Positions 26,734-37,220 are shown, counted from the stretch's first letter. The stretch is 64,000 nt of DNA from an uncultured SAR86 cluster bacterium (GCA_902595065.1 CACJOM010000004.1:79734-143733), one strand, 5' to 3'. A program made the numbers and translations. The notes: generated by a model from the letters alone, not told the origin.

Positions 26734-28566
26734 ATGCAAACAAATATTATGAAAAAACTATTTAAGTACATTGGCTATCTTGCAATGAGCAGCTTTGCTG
26801 TTATGTCGCTATATTTAGTGAACTTATTTTTAATGAAACCATATTCAATTGATCATTATCTTGCAAAGGAGCTAACTGTAAGCCTGTTAGATTCACCTGA
26901 ATATATGACATACATAGGAATTTTTGATCCATTTAATGCAATTTTAAAACATAATCAGAAGCTAAGTATTGATACTCTTGAAGACGATGAAAGCAATTAT
27001 CAAGATACTCTCAAGCATCTTGAGGTACTCAAAAAATACAACCCAGACAACTTAACGGATGCACAAAAAGTTACACAAAAAATAGCTATTTTTGATACTG
27101 AAAATACCATTGATAACTTTGAAAACTTTAGATTTCATTCTTATCCATTTAATCAAATTAGTGGAAATCACCTTAACGGTGTTGAATTTATGACTGATAC
27201 TCATCCCATTCGAAATTTCAGAGAAGCTACGGATTTTATTAAAAGAGTAAGCTTGTTTGATGATGCAATGAAAGCAGATTTAATTTGGTTAAATGAGCAA
27301 AAAAAATTAGGAATTTTTGCACCAAAATTTGTTTTTGATCACGTTATAAGACAATTAAAAGAATTGATTGCATACACAGATGATAACAATCCATTGATGC
27401 AGGTTTTTAAAAGTAAAGTTAATGCATTAAATATCTCAACTGAAAAAAAAGAAACTCTGTTTAGAGAGTTGGGTCTTGTTATTCAATCCGATGTAAAACC
27501 AGGTTATCAATCAATCCTTCAATTCATGGAGAACAACTACGATCAAGCAAACAAGCATCATGGCGTTTGGTCTTTACCAAACGGCGATGCTTTTTATGCA
27601 TCTCGCCTAAGATCTTATACTACGACGGACTATACAGCTGAAGAAATTCATCAGATTGGTCTTTCAGAGGTTGAAAGAATTGGGAACCGCATGAAAGAAA
27701 TCTTTATTTTGTTAGGTTATGAAGTCAACAAACCTGTTGGACAGATGATGAATGAATTAAATGAGAATCCAGATTTCCTTTATGCTGACACGCCAGATCG
27801 AAAACAAATTGTTATTGCTGATTACAATCAAATGGTAAAAGAAGCAGAAGAAGATGTCAGGCCCTATTTTGAAAGATTTCCAATTAGCCCAGTTGAAGTC
27901 AGAGCTGTACCAGAATACTCAGAAAAAACAGCTGCTGGAGGTTATTATCAAGCTCCAAGCTTAGACGGATCTCGTCCCGGAGTTTTTTATGCAAATTTAT
28001 ATGATATTAAACAGACACCAACTTTTGGCATGAGAACCCTTACATTTCATGAAGCAGTGCCTGGGCATCATTTTCAAATTGCTCTAAATCTAGAAAATGA
28101 GGATTTAACAATGTACAGAAAAATGGGTTATAGGACCTCTGCATTTACTGAAGGCTGGGCACTCTACTCAGAACAATTAGCCGTGGAAGTAGGTATGACA
28201 AAAAATCTTTTTGATGAATTAGGAGTGCTACAAAGCGAAATGTTTAGAGCCAATAGATTAGTTGTAGACACAGGTATGCATTATAAAAAATGGACCAGAG
28301 AAGAAGCTATGGAGTATATGAAAAATACTACTGGCATGTCAGATACAGAGGTTAGAGTTGAAATTGAGCGATATATTGTTTGGCCTGGTCAAGCAACTAG
28401 CTACAAAATGGGCATGCTGAAGATTCTAGAATTAAGAGAAAAAGCAAAAGAAGCACTTGGAGACAAATTTGATATTAGAAAATTTCACACTATTGTTCTT
28501 GATCAGGGAATAGTTCCTTTATTTATTCTTGAAGATATTATTGATGATTGGATTATGAGTTATTGA
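26734..28566 (+). CDS. DUF885-family protein (putative metallopeptidase-like lipoprotein)
   Basis: 610 aa with an N-terminal TM/signal segment and the characteristic FHEAVPGHHFQ motif. Confidence 0.8.
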   Translation: MQTNIMKKLFKYIGYLAMSSFAVMSLYLVNLFLMKPYSIDHYLAKELTVSLLDSPEYMTYIGIFDPFNAILKHNQKLSIDTLEDDESNYQDTLKHLEVLKKYNPDNLTDAQKVTQKIAIFDTENTIDNFENFRFHSYPFNQISGNHLNGVEFMTDTHPIRNFREATDFIKRVSLFDDAMKADLIWLNEQKKLGIFAPKFVFDHVIRQLKELIAYTDDNNPLMQVFKSKVNALNISTEKKETLFRELGLVIQSDVKPGYQSILQFMENNYDQANKHHGVWSLPNGDAFYASRLRSYTTTDYTAEEIHQIGLSEVERIGNRMKEIFILLGYEVNKPVGQMMNELNENPDFLYADTPDRKQIVIADYNQMVKEAEEDVRPYFERFPISPVEVRAVPEYSEKTAAGGYYQAPSLDGSRPGVFYANLYDIKQTPTFGMRTLTFHEAVPGHHFQIALNLENEDLTMYRKMGYRTSAFTEGWALYSEQLAVEVGMTKNLFDELGVLQSEMFRANRLVVDTGMHYKKWTREEAMEYMKNTTGMSDTEVRVEIERYIVWPGQATSYKMGMLKILELREKAKEALGDKFDIRKFHTIVLDQGIVPLFILEDIIDDWIMSY

Positions 28567-29132
28567 TTTTGCGCTTGTTTTAAAATGGGTTTCAATAGAA
28601 GGCCCAAAAATATAAAAACCAATACTGTTCCTAAAATATCACCAATAAAAAAACTTAATACTTGATCTATATCTGTAATAGCATTCGCATAACTTAAATT
28701 ATTCCTACTAAGATATAAATTAACTAGCAATGAGTTGAAGCCGGCAGATATAAAGGTAATTAAAAAAATATGTTTGTAGTTTCTTCTATTTAAAGGGCTA
28801 GAAATAGTGTGTCCTAAAGTAAAACCAAGTGAGTTCAGCATCGACAAAGTCAAGGGTACTGACATAACACTTATCAAACTAGTGATATATATAGGAAAGG
28901 TATAAAAGCCAGGCTCTATAACATATGGGCCAAATAGCTCACCTAAATATAACCCTGGTATAGCTTTATAGCCAAAATAAACTATACACAAGACTCTTGC
29001 AGCATGTGGCAAGTAAAAAAATACCCCCTCGCCTGCAAAAAATAAAATATGGGTGTCTATGAAATGCCATAAAATCCACAAAACTGATGAAAATACAAAA
29101 CTAGTGACTGAAACTATAAAAAAGTTTTTCAA
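28560..29132 (-). CDS. Hypothetical polytopic membrane protein
   Basis: 190 aa with about 6 TM helices and a C-terminal FFIGDILGTVLVF motif reminiscent of MASE-type sensor membrane modules. It starts 8 nt downstream of the wHTH gene. Confidence 0.55.
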   Translation of the reverse strand: MKNFFIVSVTSFVFSSVLWILWHFIDTHILFFAGEGVFFYLPHAARVLCIVYFGYKAIPGLYLGELFGPYVIEPGFYTFPIYITSLISVMSVPLTLSMLNSLGFTLGHTISSPLNRRNYKHIFLITFISAGFNSLLVNLYLSRNNLSYANAITDIDQVLSFFIGDILGTVLVFIFLGLLLKPILKQAQNQ

Positions 29133-29140
29133 TGGAATTT

Positions 29141-29473
29141 TTAACTATTGCCGACCAAAGTAATTAGAGATTCTCTTCCGTCATCCTCAGACTGAGTGAG
29201 ATTAATAATTCCCTCATTAGATAATTTTTTTAGAGTTTTATAAACAGTAGATCGTGACATGCCAGAACAATTGACAATTTCTGTAATATTTGAACCTTCT
29301 TCATTAAGAGCATTTTGAGTAATAATGGTGTAGAAAACTCTCAACTCGTTAGGCGAAAAGTGCCTAATATTCAAATCTTTCTCTAACCCATCGAGCATAA
29401 TTAGGGCATCGAAAATATTTCTATAAAACTCATTCATATTTACATAATAACTTTGCTTAATAAAATTGTACAT
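29141..29473 (-). CDS. Small winged-helix (MarR-like) DNA-binding protein
   Basis: 110 aa with the pattern FSPNELRVFYTII...ITEIVNCSGMSRSTVYKTLKKLSNEGII...DDGR. Confidence 0.6.
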   Translation of the reverse strand: MYNFIKQSYYVNMNEFYRNIFDALIMLDGLEKDLNIRHFSPNELRVFYTIITQNALNEEGSNITEIVNCSGMSRSTVYKTLKKLSNEGIINLTQSEDDGRESLITLVGNS

Positions 29474-29526
29474 TGCAAAAAATATATAGATAGAAATTAG
29501 TTTTCACAGATAATGAATTTTGAGAT

Positions 29527-29617
29527 TGGCGGAGAGACGGGGATTCGAACCCCGGAACCAGTTGCCCAGTTACTACCTTTCCAAGGTAGCGCAATCGACC
29601 ACTCTGCCATCTCTCCG
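29527..29617 (-). tRNA. tRNA-Ser (anticodon GGA)
   Basis: The reverse complement GGAGAGATGGCAGAGTGGTCGATTGCGCTACCTTGGAAAGGTAG...GGTTCGAATCCCCGTCTCTCCGCCA has anticodon loop TT-GGA-AA, a long variable arm and an encoded CCA. Confidence 0.9.
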
Positions 29618-29650
29618 AATTAATGTCGTAGCATTTTACATGAACTAAAT

Positions 29651-32113
29651 CTAAGAATCTCTCAAAGTGATCATGGGTGAAGCATAGACACTTTTTCTTA
29701 CAGAAATAACACCTGCAAAAAATATAAAACCAATAGCAAGCAAAAAACTCAACCCAAGGATAATCAAATTAGGCGAGTAAATAAGATCAAGAAATTGATA
29801 AAAAATTATAGATGACAAGAGTGTAGAGAAAATAATTGCAGTGATTGCAGACAACATACCCAAAATAAAAAATTCAGATGCAGCGGATTTAAAAATCATT
29901 GCCCTACTCGCACCAATTGCATGAATAATTGCTGTCTCTTTGGTTCGCTGATCTCTGTTAGAGTAAATGGAAGCAATCAAAGCTAAGATCCCTGCGATCA
30001 ATGTTAATAAGAAAATATATTGGACAGCTAAAGAAGCGCTTGAGATAGACTTCTTTGCTTGATCAATTATTGCTTCCAAGTTAACAGCGCTTATAGTTGG
30101 AAAACGGGTAATAAATTTATTCATAAGCTTTTCAGAGTCTTCTATCTTAATGCTTGTAATATATGAATTAGGCAGTTCTCTGCCTGCGGCTGGGGATAGG
30201 ATAAAAAAGAAATTTGGAGAAAAACTTTGCCATTCAATTTCCCGAAAACTTGAAACAGTTACGCTAAATGTTTTACCACCAGCAGAAAAATTAAGCTCAT
30301 CACCAACTTCAAGATTCATTGATGCTGCAATTTCTTGATCAACTGAAACTTCTGCAACTTTATCGGGATTTGTCCACCAGGTACCATCTACCAGGGTATT
30401 GCTTTGAGGTATATCATACCGCCAAGTTAAATTGGCCTCTCGATCCATCAGATTATCAAAATTAACATCAGATTCAGGTCGACTTGCAGATAAAAGCCTG
30501 CCGCGAATTAAGGGAGTAAAGTCTGGAATGATGCCTGCTTCATCCTCTAAGTAATCTGAAATAGTATTTAGGTTGTATTCCTGAATGTTAAATAAGAAAT
30601 AATTAGGTGTATCTTCTTCTAGAGTTTCGCCCCATGAATCTACCAAATCAGTTCTAGTTTCTGCAAGAACAACAAGAAATAATAATGAAAGGCCAAAAAT
30701 AATAATCTGTAAAATACTATCATTCCCTCGCTGAACTATATTTTTAAGACCAAGATTCCAACCTGTTCCATTAGAAAATTTGATTAAGGAAAGAACATAT
30801 ATCAACAATTTCCCAATTAGATACAAGGTGAAAGTTACAAGAATTAATGCCATAACTATGTAAAAAATTAATTTAATGTCTTGAAATAAGACTCCAAGAA
30901 ATCCAAACATCGTAAAAAAAGCAACTAAATAAATTATAAAATTGCTTGATAGCCTGATAGCAAAATCATTTCTTAAAATCCTAATTGGCTCAGTTTCACT
31001 GAGAATTTTGATGTAGGGAGCAGTTGTTGCAAATACAACAAAAGCAGCTGTAGTAAAACCAATAATTACAGGCCTTAATGAAGGAGACGGCAAATCAATA
31101 ATAATTATTCCCTGTAACGTAGATAGTAAAAGATGTTGTAATGAGTACCCCAAAATCAATCCAAATATAGAAGCACTAATAACTATTAATGTAAGCTGCA
31201 TTATTTGGTGACCGAAAATAAATGGTTTTGAGGCACCAAAAACTTTCATTAAAGATGTATGAAGGAGATTTCTATTTGCATATCTTCTAACTGCCATCAT
31301 GGCTGCAATTACAGAAATGATTATCGTAAACAAACTAGCTAAATTAAAGAAAATTGTTGAATTAGCAATATCTTCCCCAAGATCGCTACTGACATCAATT
31401 GCTTTTTGAAGTCTAATATCAGATGGCAATTCTTTAAGCGAATCTTCAAAACTATTTAAGTTATTCTTGGTGCCTGAAAAAAGTTTTCTATAAACAACCC
31501 TGCTTCCAGTTTGAATAACACCCATCTCCTCAACGTCAGCAATGTTTGCAATTGCAGTAGGATAAAAACCAACAAAGCTAGAGTTTCTATCTGGATAATC
31601 TTCAATAATTCCTTCAACAATTAAATTTTTATTGCCAATAGAAAGTGTGTCTAATTGATTTAGCCCCAAAGATTCTGAAATTTTTTTCTCTATCCAGATC
31701 TTGCCCGACGGCGGAGCACCTGAATGCTGAATTTGAATCCCATTAGCATTAACAACCTTTAATTTGCCCCTTAATGGATAAGATTCTGTGACTGCCTTAA
31801 TGGAGGTTAACAGATTATCATCTTCGGTTATTACCATGCTCAAAAAAGTTGTTGTTTCAGCATAATTGAGATTGCTCGCTTTAGCTTTGGCTAAAAATTC
31901 TGGATCTATTTGAGAAGTTGATCGCAATACGAGATCTGCACCTAACATAGTAGAGGCTTGCATTTGCATAGAAGATTGGAGTCTATCGCCTAAAAAACCA
32001 ACACTTGATATTGAAGTAACGGCTAAAACAATCGAAAAAAATAATATAAGCAAATCGCCACTAAAAACCTCAGACCAAAATTTCTTTAAACCATATATGA
32101 GACCTCTTCTCAT
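29651..32113 (-). CDS. ybbP: FtsX-like ABC transporter permease (YbbP-like)
   Basis: 820 aa with two FtsX-type 4-TM modules separated by large loops. It overlaps the upstream ATPase gene by 4 nt, in the tesA<>ybbA-ybbP synteny seen in E. coli. Confidence 0.8.
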   Translation of the reverse strand: MRRGLIYGLKKFWSEVFSGDLLILFFSIVLAVTSISSVGFLGDRLQSSMQMQASTMLGADLVLRSTSQIDPEFLAKAKASNLNYAETTTFLSMVITEDDNLLTSIKAVTESYPLRGKLKVVNANGIQIQHSGAPPSGKIWIEKKISESLGLNQLDTLSIGNKNLIVEGIIEDYPDRNSSFVGFYPTAIANIADVEEMGVIQTGSRVVYRKLFSGTKNNLNSFEDSLKELPSDIRLQKAIDVSSDLGEDIANSTIFFNLASLFTIIISVIAAMMAVRRYANRNLLHTSLMKVFGASKPFIFGHQIMQLTLIVISASIFGLILGYSLQHLLLSTLQGIIIIDLPSPSLRPVIIGFTTAAFVVFATTAPYIKILSETEPIRILRNDFAIRLSSNFIIYLVAFFTMFGFLGVLFQDIKLIFYIVMALILVTFTLYLIGKLLIYVLSLIKFSNGTGWNLGLKNIVQRGNDSILQIIIFGLSLLFLVVLAETRTDLVDSWGETLEEDTPNYFLFNIQEYNLNTISDYLEDEAGIIPDFTPLIRGRLLSASRPESDVNFDNLMDREANLTWRYDIPQSNTLVDGTWWTNPDKVAEVSVDQEIAASMNLEVGDELNFSAGGKTFSVTVSSFREIEWQSFSPNFFFILSPAAGRELPNSYITSIKIEDSEKLMNKFITRFPTISAVNLEAIIDQAKKSISSASLAVQYIFLLTLIAGILALIASIYSNRDQRTKETAIIHAIGASRAMIFKSAASEFFILGMLSAITAIIFSTLLSSIIFYQFLDLIYSPNLIILGLSFLLAIGFIFFAGVISVRKSVYASPMITLRDS

Positions 32114-32778
32114 AATATCTGCCCTTCAGAGAGCTCATAAACTTCCTTACATTTTCCAGCTAAAAATAAATCATGAGTTACTAAAACTAAAGTTGTTTGA
32201 ATTATTTCATTTAATGAAAATAAAAGATCGCTGATAGAGTCTGAACTTTTTTTATCTAAGTTTCCTGTTGGCTCATCAGCAAATAAGATTTTTGGCTTAT
32301 TCACAATGGATCTTGCAATAGCAACGCGTTGCTTTTCACCGCCGCTAAGTTGAGCAGCAAAATGTTTTTCCCGGTTAGATAATCCAACTTGCTCAAGAGC
32401 CTCTTGAGCTTTATCCATTGAATGCGGATCTCCTAAAATTTCAAGCGGTAACATCACATTATCAAGTGCAGTTAATCTTGGCATCAAATGAAATGATTGA
32501 AAGACAAAGCCAACATCCTGGCCTCTGATTTGCGCCCTTTTATCTTCATCAAGAGTTGTAATTTCTGACCCCAATAAATTTACAGTTCCAAGAGTAGGCA
32601 AATCAAGTCCAGCCATAATAGCCAAAAGTGTGGTTTTTCCAGATCCAGATGGCCCAACCAAAGAGATGGGTTTGCCTTGCTCTACAGTTAAATTTATATC
32701 TTTAACTATTGTCAAAAGGCCCTCAGGGCTGTTAACTTCTTTTGTAATGTTCTTAAGTTCTAAAATTAAATTTTTCAA
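32110..32778 (-). CDS. ybbA: ABC transporter ATP-binding protein (YbbA / LolD-like)
   Basis: Walker A GPSGSGKTT, signature LSGGEKQR and Walker B LFADEPTGNLD. I prefer the in-frame TTG at 32778 (MKNLILELKNITKEV). The 85 upstream codons of the tracked ORF overlap tesA and look non-coding. Confidence 0.8.
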   Translation of the reverse strand: MKNLILELKNITKEVNSPEGLLTIVKDINLTVEQGKPISLVGPSGSGKTTLLAIMAGLDLPTLGTVNLLGSEITTLDEDKRAQIRGQDVGFVFQSFHLMPRLTALDNVMLPLEILGDPHSMDKAQEALEQVGLSNREKHFAAQLSGGEKQRVAIARSIVNKPKILFADEPTGNLDKKSSDSISDLLFSLNEIIQTTLVLVTHDLFLAGKCKEVYELSEGQIL

Positions 32779-33406
32779 GATTTCCTTAGCTTTGTTTTTT
32801 AGTATTCTACTGACACTTTCTTTATCAGTAAATTCGTCAAAACAATCCAAAAATAAGGAACATATCGCTGTGGTGGTAGGTGACAGTTTGAGTGCTGGAT
32901 ATGGAGTTAAATTGGAAGAATCATGGCCCTCTATCTTAGAGAAAAATTTAAAAGCAGCAAATATTAATATCAAAATCATTAATGCAGGCATAAGTGGTGA
33001 TACAACATCTGGGGGCTTATTTAGACTGCCCAAATTACTTCAAGAATACAAACCTAATCTGGTAATTTTAGAACTAGGTGGGAACGATGGTTTAAGAGGC
33101 ATGTCTATTAAAAAAATAATTAAAAAAAATCTAGATGAGATGATTAGAATGTCCTTGGAAGATGGTGCTAATGTTGCTCTTGTTGGGGTAGAACTTCCCC
33201 CTAATTATGGAGAACAATATACGAGCAAATTTAAAAGCATGTATATTGAATTAGCAGATGATTATAATTTAACCCTTATAGAGGGTTCAATAAAAGAAAT
33301 GGTTGCATTGAATTTGATGCAAGCTGATGGAATTCATCCAAATACCAATGGACATTTAAAGATAGAGGAAGAAGTCAGGAACAAGATATTAACTCTACTA
33401 GATTAG
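32747..33406 (+). CDS. tesA: SGNH/GDSL thioesterase-lysophospholipase (TesA-like), secreted
   Basis: GDSLSAGYG block I, GGNDG block and a C-terminal DGIHPN block. I prefer the ATG at 32747, which gives a signal peptide (MFLSSKIKFFKISLALFFSILL). Confidence 0.85.
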   Translation: MFLSSKIKFFKISLALFFSILLTLSLSVNSSKQSKNKEHIAVVVGDSLSAGYGVKLEESWPSILEKNLKAANINIKIINAGISGDTTSGGLFRLPKLLQEYKPNLVILELGGNDGLRGMSIKKIIKKNLDEMIRMSLEDGANVALVGVELPPNYGEQYTSKFKSMYIELADDYNLTLIEGSIKEMVALNLMQADGIHPNTNGHLKIEEEVRNKILTLLD

Positions 33407-33410
33407 AGGA

Positions 33411-34142
33411 TTATTGACTAAAATCTCTGAAGTTATTAAATATTAATTTTTTTGAAGTTGATCGTATAGGATTGATATCGATGCCGCCTCTTCTTAAAAA
33501 TTTTCCATAAACGGTCAAATTATCAATTGCAAAATCCTCTAGCAAGGTTATAAAAATAGATTCAATACACGCTTCATGAAAATCGCCTTTATTTCTGAAC
33601 GATTTTAAAAATTTAATTAATTTTTTTGAATCTAAAAAGTGAGATGTTGAATGGATGTAAATATTGCCCCAGTCAGGTTGAGAGGTCACAGGGCAGATTG
33701 ATCTAAAACCCTCAAAACAGACAACCTTATTTCTAGGAACCTTGTTTTTAAATCTTGAAATAAGGCTTGAGCTAGGTGCATTAGAAAATCTATTTAATTT
33801 TTTAACAGATACATTAGAATTTAACAATTTGGTTAAATCGTTTTCAACCAACTTATATGCCATTGAGGAATCTTTGAATTTTTTATTATAAAAAGAGCCC
33901 AGATAAAGCTTCAAAGACTTAGACTCAACCGTTAGAATTGAATGCATTGAAATTTTAATTTCTATAGTCTCAATCACTGGATGATTTTTGGAATTTAAAT
34001 AGGAAAATTCATAAGCATTCCAATAATCTAATCCAAAAAAACTATCTAAATGCTGATTATTTCGAGGAATTGCATCTAAAAAATCTGCAGAATAAGAATC
34101 AAGCTTTGGATTGGATTGCTTGCCTAAATATTTAACTTTCAC
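33411..34142 (-). CDS. queF: NADPH-dependent 7-cyano-7-deazaguanine (preQ0) reductase, two-domain type
   Basis: 243 aa with catalytic Cys motif SICPVTSQPDWGNIYI and FHEACIE. Its GTG start overlaps the yadH stop (GTGA). Confidence 0.8.
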   Translation of the reverse strand: MKVKYLGKQSNPKLDSYSADFLDAIPRNNQHLDSFFGLDYWNAYEFSYLNSKNHPVIETIEIKISMHSILTVESKSLKLYLGSFYNKKFKDSSMAYKLVENDLTKLLNSNVSVKKLNRFSNAPSSSLISRFKNKVPRNKVVCFEGFRSICPVTSQPDWGNIYIHSTSHFLDSKKLIKFLKSFRNKGDFHEACIESIFITLLEDFAIDNLTVYGKFLRRGGIDINPIRSTSKKLIFNNFRDFSQ

Positions 34143-34918
34143 TGACGAGTTCCAACTCCTCTATGAAGAAGAAGTAAACATGCTGAAGTTAATATAATTA
34201 TAAAAAAAATAATCATTCCTAGTGCAAATGGAATAGATACATCACTCACTCCTAGCATCCCTTCTCTAAAAGTATTCACAACGTACAGCATTGGATTTGC
34301 CATGGAAATATTTCTCCAAACATCAGGCAGTATATTGATGGAATAAAAGACACCGCCCAAATAAATTAATGGTGTAAGAACAAAAGTGGGAATGATAGAA
34401 ATATCATCAAAACTATCTGCAAAAATAGCATTAATAAAACCCATTAGTGAAAACAATATAGCTGTTAAAAATAGAACTGATATTGTTAACAAGGGATTGA
34501 CGATTGTAAAAGATGGATAAAAGAAAAGACTGACACCAAAAACTATACAGCCAATTAGAACTCCGCGAGATACTCCACCCATAATAAAGCCAACCAATAT
34601 CGCCCAATTCGGCATTGGGGATACAAGCAGTTCTTCGATGGATTTTTGAAATTTTACAGAATAAAAAGAAGAAACAACATTTGCATATGAGTTAGTGATT
34701 ACGGACATCATAATTAGACCAGGTATCATAAACTGAATGTAATCAAGACCATCCATGGTCCCAATTCTTGGACCAATCAAGGATCCAAAAATTATAAAAT
34801 ACAAAGACATGGTGACTGCAGGCGGGACCAATGTTTGCACCCAAATCCTCAGATACCTCTTAATCTCCTTTCTAATAAGAGTAATTAATGAAACTAGAAT
34901 TTCATTTCCTCTTTTCAT
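34139..34918 (-). CDS. yadH: ABC-2 type transporter permease (YadH-like)
   Basis: 259 aa, 6 TM, ABC-2 family. It starts 2 nt downstream of yadG. Confidence 0.8.
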   Translation of the reverse strand: MKRGNEILVSLITLIRKEIKRYLRIWVQTLVPPAVTMSLYFIIFGSLIGPRIGTMDGLDYIQFMIPGLIMMSVITNSYANVVSSFYSVKFQKSIEELLVSPMPNWAILVGFIMGGVSRGVLIGCIVFGVSLFFYPSFTIVNPLLTISVLFLTAILFSLMGFINAIFADSFDDISIIPTFVLTPLIYLGGVFYSINILPDVWRNISMANPMLYVVNTFREGMLGVSDVSIPFALGMIIFFIIILTSACLLLLHRGVGTRQ

Positions 34919-34920
34919 AA

Positions 34921-35838
34921 TTAACTTTTATTAACCATTTCGATAAACATCTCTTCCAATCTATTTGACTTATTTCTCATAGATAGAACATTTATACCAA
35001 GAGCTGATAATTGCTCAAAAAGATGATTGATAGATTGATCTTTTTTTATTGCTACATTTAAAGTTGTTGAATCTTCAAGGGACATAGGAAATTGAGGAAT
35101 AGAGGGCGGTTGGTCGAGTGTCTTATCTATGTCTAAAACAAACCCTTGAACATCTAGACGACTCAAGAGATCTTTCATTGAAGTATTTTCAACTAATTCA
35201 CCGTAATCGATAATGGCTATGTTTTTACATAATTGTTCAGCTTCTTCTAGATAATGAGTGGTTAAAATAATTGTAGTTCCTTGAGCATTAATCTCTTTTA
35301 AAAACTCCCACATCTCTCTTCTAAGTTCTATATCAACTCCTGCAGTGGGCTCATCAAGTATTAAAAGCTTTGGTTCGTGAATTAATGCCTTTGCTATCAT
35401 TAACCGTCGTTTAAATCCACCAGATAATGTCCGAGCTTGATCGTTGCGCTTTTCCCAAAGACCAAGACGTTTAAGAGTTGTTTCAGTTTTTAGCTTAGAA
35501 TCTTTTAGTGAAATGCCGTAAAAGCCAGCTTGGGTGGTAACAATGTCAATAACTTTCTCAAAGTTATTAAAGTTTATTTCTTGTGAAACAACTCCAAGCA
35601 AACGCTTTGCTTCAGGAAAATTTTCATCTGTATCAATACCAAAGATTTTTACGTTACCAGCAGTCTTAGTAACTAATGAAGCAATTATTCCTATTGTTGA
35701 TGATTTTCCAGCTCCATTTGGGCCAAGTAATGCAAAGAAATCTCCTTCTTTTACTGAGAGATTGATGCCTTTTAAGGCAACTACGTTAGAGTCATATGTT
35801 TTTTTAAGATCAGTGATCTCAAGAGCAAATTGACTCAT
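34921..35838 (-). CDS. yadG: ABC-2 type transporter ATP-binding protein (YadG-like)
   Basis: 305 aa with GPNGAGKSS, LSGGFKRRL and LILDEPTAGVD. It is collinear with my recollection of E. coli YadG, including the C-terminal LSMRNKSNRLEEMF. Confidence 0.85.
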   Translation of the reverse strand: MSQFALEITDLKKTYDSNVVALKGINLSVKEGDFFALLGPNGAGKSSTIGIIASLVTKTAGNVKIFGIDTDENFPEAKRLLGVVSQEINFNNFEKVIDIVTTQAGFYGISLKDSKLKTETTLKRLGLWEKRNDQARTLSGGFKRRLMIAKALIHEPKLLILDEPTAGVDIELRREMWEFLKEINAQGTTIILTTHYLEEAEQLCKNIAIIDYGELVENTSMKDLLSRLDVQGFVLDIDKTLDQPPSIPQFPMSLEDSTTLNVAIKKDQSINHLFEQLSALGINVLSMRNKSNRLEEMFIEMVNKS

Positions 35839-37220
35839 ACACCCTCTTCTTCAAACCCATCAACGAAAACGGCTAACAATAAACCTATCAGAAGTCCGAC
35901 CCAAGCACTGTAAAAAGTAATGAAGAATGCAATGAGAAGAGCTGTTGCCATTTCAGAATTCTTTTTAGGGATTGCCATAGCAACATAAGCGCAGGCAAAA
36001 CCAGTTAAGATTAATGTCAAGGTCAAAGCCATTACCATTAATGGCTGCATGAGGGTGACAAAAGGCAGGGTAAAGTACAAAAATGGTATACCCATTAAAT
36101 AATAAGAACCAATTCCATCAAAGATTGAAGGCATCTGTTTTCGTCCTTTCTTCCATTGCTCAGCTACAACAACATGTACTCCTGTCCATAAAGCTCCTTG
36201 AGTTGGAAAAAAAGGATTTATCAATGAAGCCAATAAATTTCTGATCCCAACTGAAAGATGTGAACGATTAAGATCAATGGGTAACTTCTCATCATCTCGA
36301 TGCTTTTGAGCATCTTTAAGAACCTCTGTTGCGGTAACCAAATCTCCAAAAAGAAGCATGTAGCCAATTATCACAAGCGGAAGTGCATCAATATACATTT
36401 CTAATGTAGGCAATCCAATATAAAGTGGAGAGGTTTTCTCAATTAAGCTTATGATTGCTGGTATTTTAAAACCCCACTCAATATTAAAGGTTAATTCGCC
36501 TAGAAAGAAAGCTACTAAACCAGCAACCACGAATCCTGGCAATAGACCCAAAGAACCAATAACTTCAAAAAATTTATTATTTGCAGCGATTCTTTTAAAA
36601 GGGTTAGAAAAAGTAGTGATAACGCAGAGAATAATTGCTACTGTCATGGAGACAGGTTGTACAAGATAAGCATCAAAGTCTTCAAAAAAGACTTGATAGA
36701 ACGCAGCCAAGGCGGCTCCCAAGATAATTCCAGCTTTTAATCCATTTGGTATTTTTTCAACCAATAGCTTGCCCCAACCAGTTAATCCTAGAATTAAAAT
36801 TAATGCGGTAAATTCAAAGCACATTGCTGCCATAAACTGAAAGGCTTCTGGGTTGTATCTACATACACCATCAACACAAATATCCGACCCTTCAGTAGGA
36901 ACGCCATAGTAACCTGCAGCAGCCAATGCACCCATGACAATAGGAACTGCAGGTGTAACCCAGCCTGGCGCCATAGGTTCTCCGAATATAATAGGGCCAG
37001 CTGAAATAAAAGTTCCAGCCACCATACTTAAAGCTACAGCTTCCTCAAATGTTAATCCAAGTTTCATAGCTAAAGGAGCTGCTGCAAAAGCAGTAGCTCC
37101 AGAAATCACAAGACCTTGAAGAAATTCAGGAGCTCTAAATTTTATATGGATAAATGGAATTCTTAGGGTAAATGGACCCCATTTAATTCCACTGTTTTGT
37201 GAAGCATTAATCATATTCAT
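35835..37220 (-). CDS. Polytopic membrane protein, permease-like (family not recognised)
   Basis: 461 aa with at least 10 predicted TM helices. ATGA overlaps link it to both the upstream VWA gene and the downstream yadG. Confidence 0.6.
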   Translation of the reverse strand: MNMINASQNSGIKWGPFTLRIPFIHIKFRAPEFLQGLVISGATAFAAAPLAMKLGLTFEEAVALSMVAGTFISAGPIIFGEPMAPGWVTPAVPIVMGALAAAGYYGVPTEGSDICVDGVCRYNPEAFQFMAAMCFEFTALILILGLTGWGKLLVEKIPNGLKAGIILGAALAAFYQVFFEDFDAYLVQPVSMTVAIILCVITTFSNPFKRIAANNKFFEVIGSLGLLPGFVVAGLVAFFLGELTFNIEWGFKIPAIISLIEKTSPLYIGLPTLEMYIDALPLVIIGYMLLFGDLVTATEVLKDAQKHRDDEKLPIDLNRSHLSVGIRNLLASLINPFFPTQGALWTGVHVVVAEQWKKGRKQMPSIFDGIGSYYLMGIPFLYFTLPFVTLMQPLMVMALTLTLILTGFACAYVAMAIPKKNSEMATALLIAFFITFYSAWVGLLIGLLLAVFVDGFEEEGV

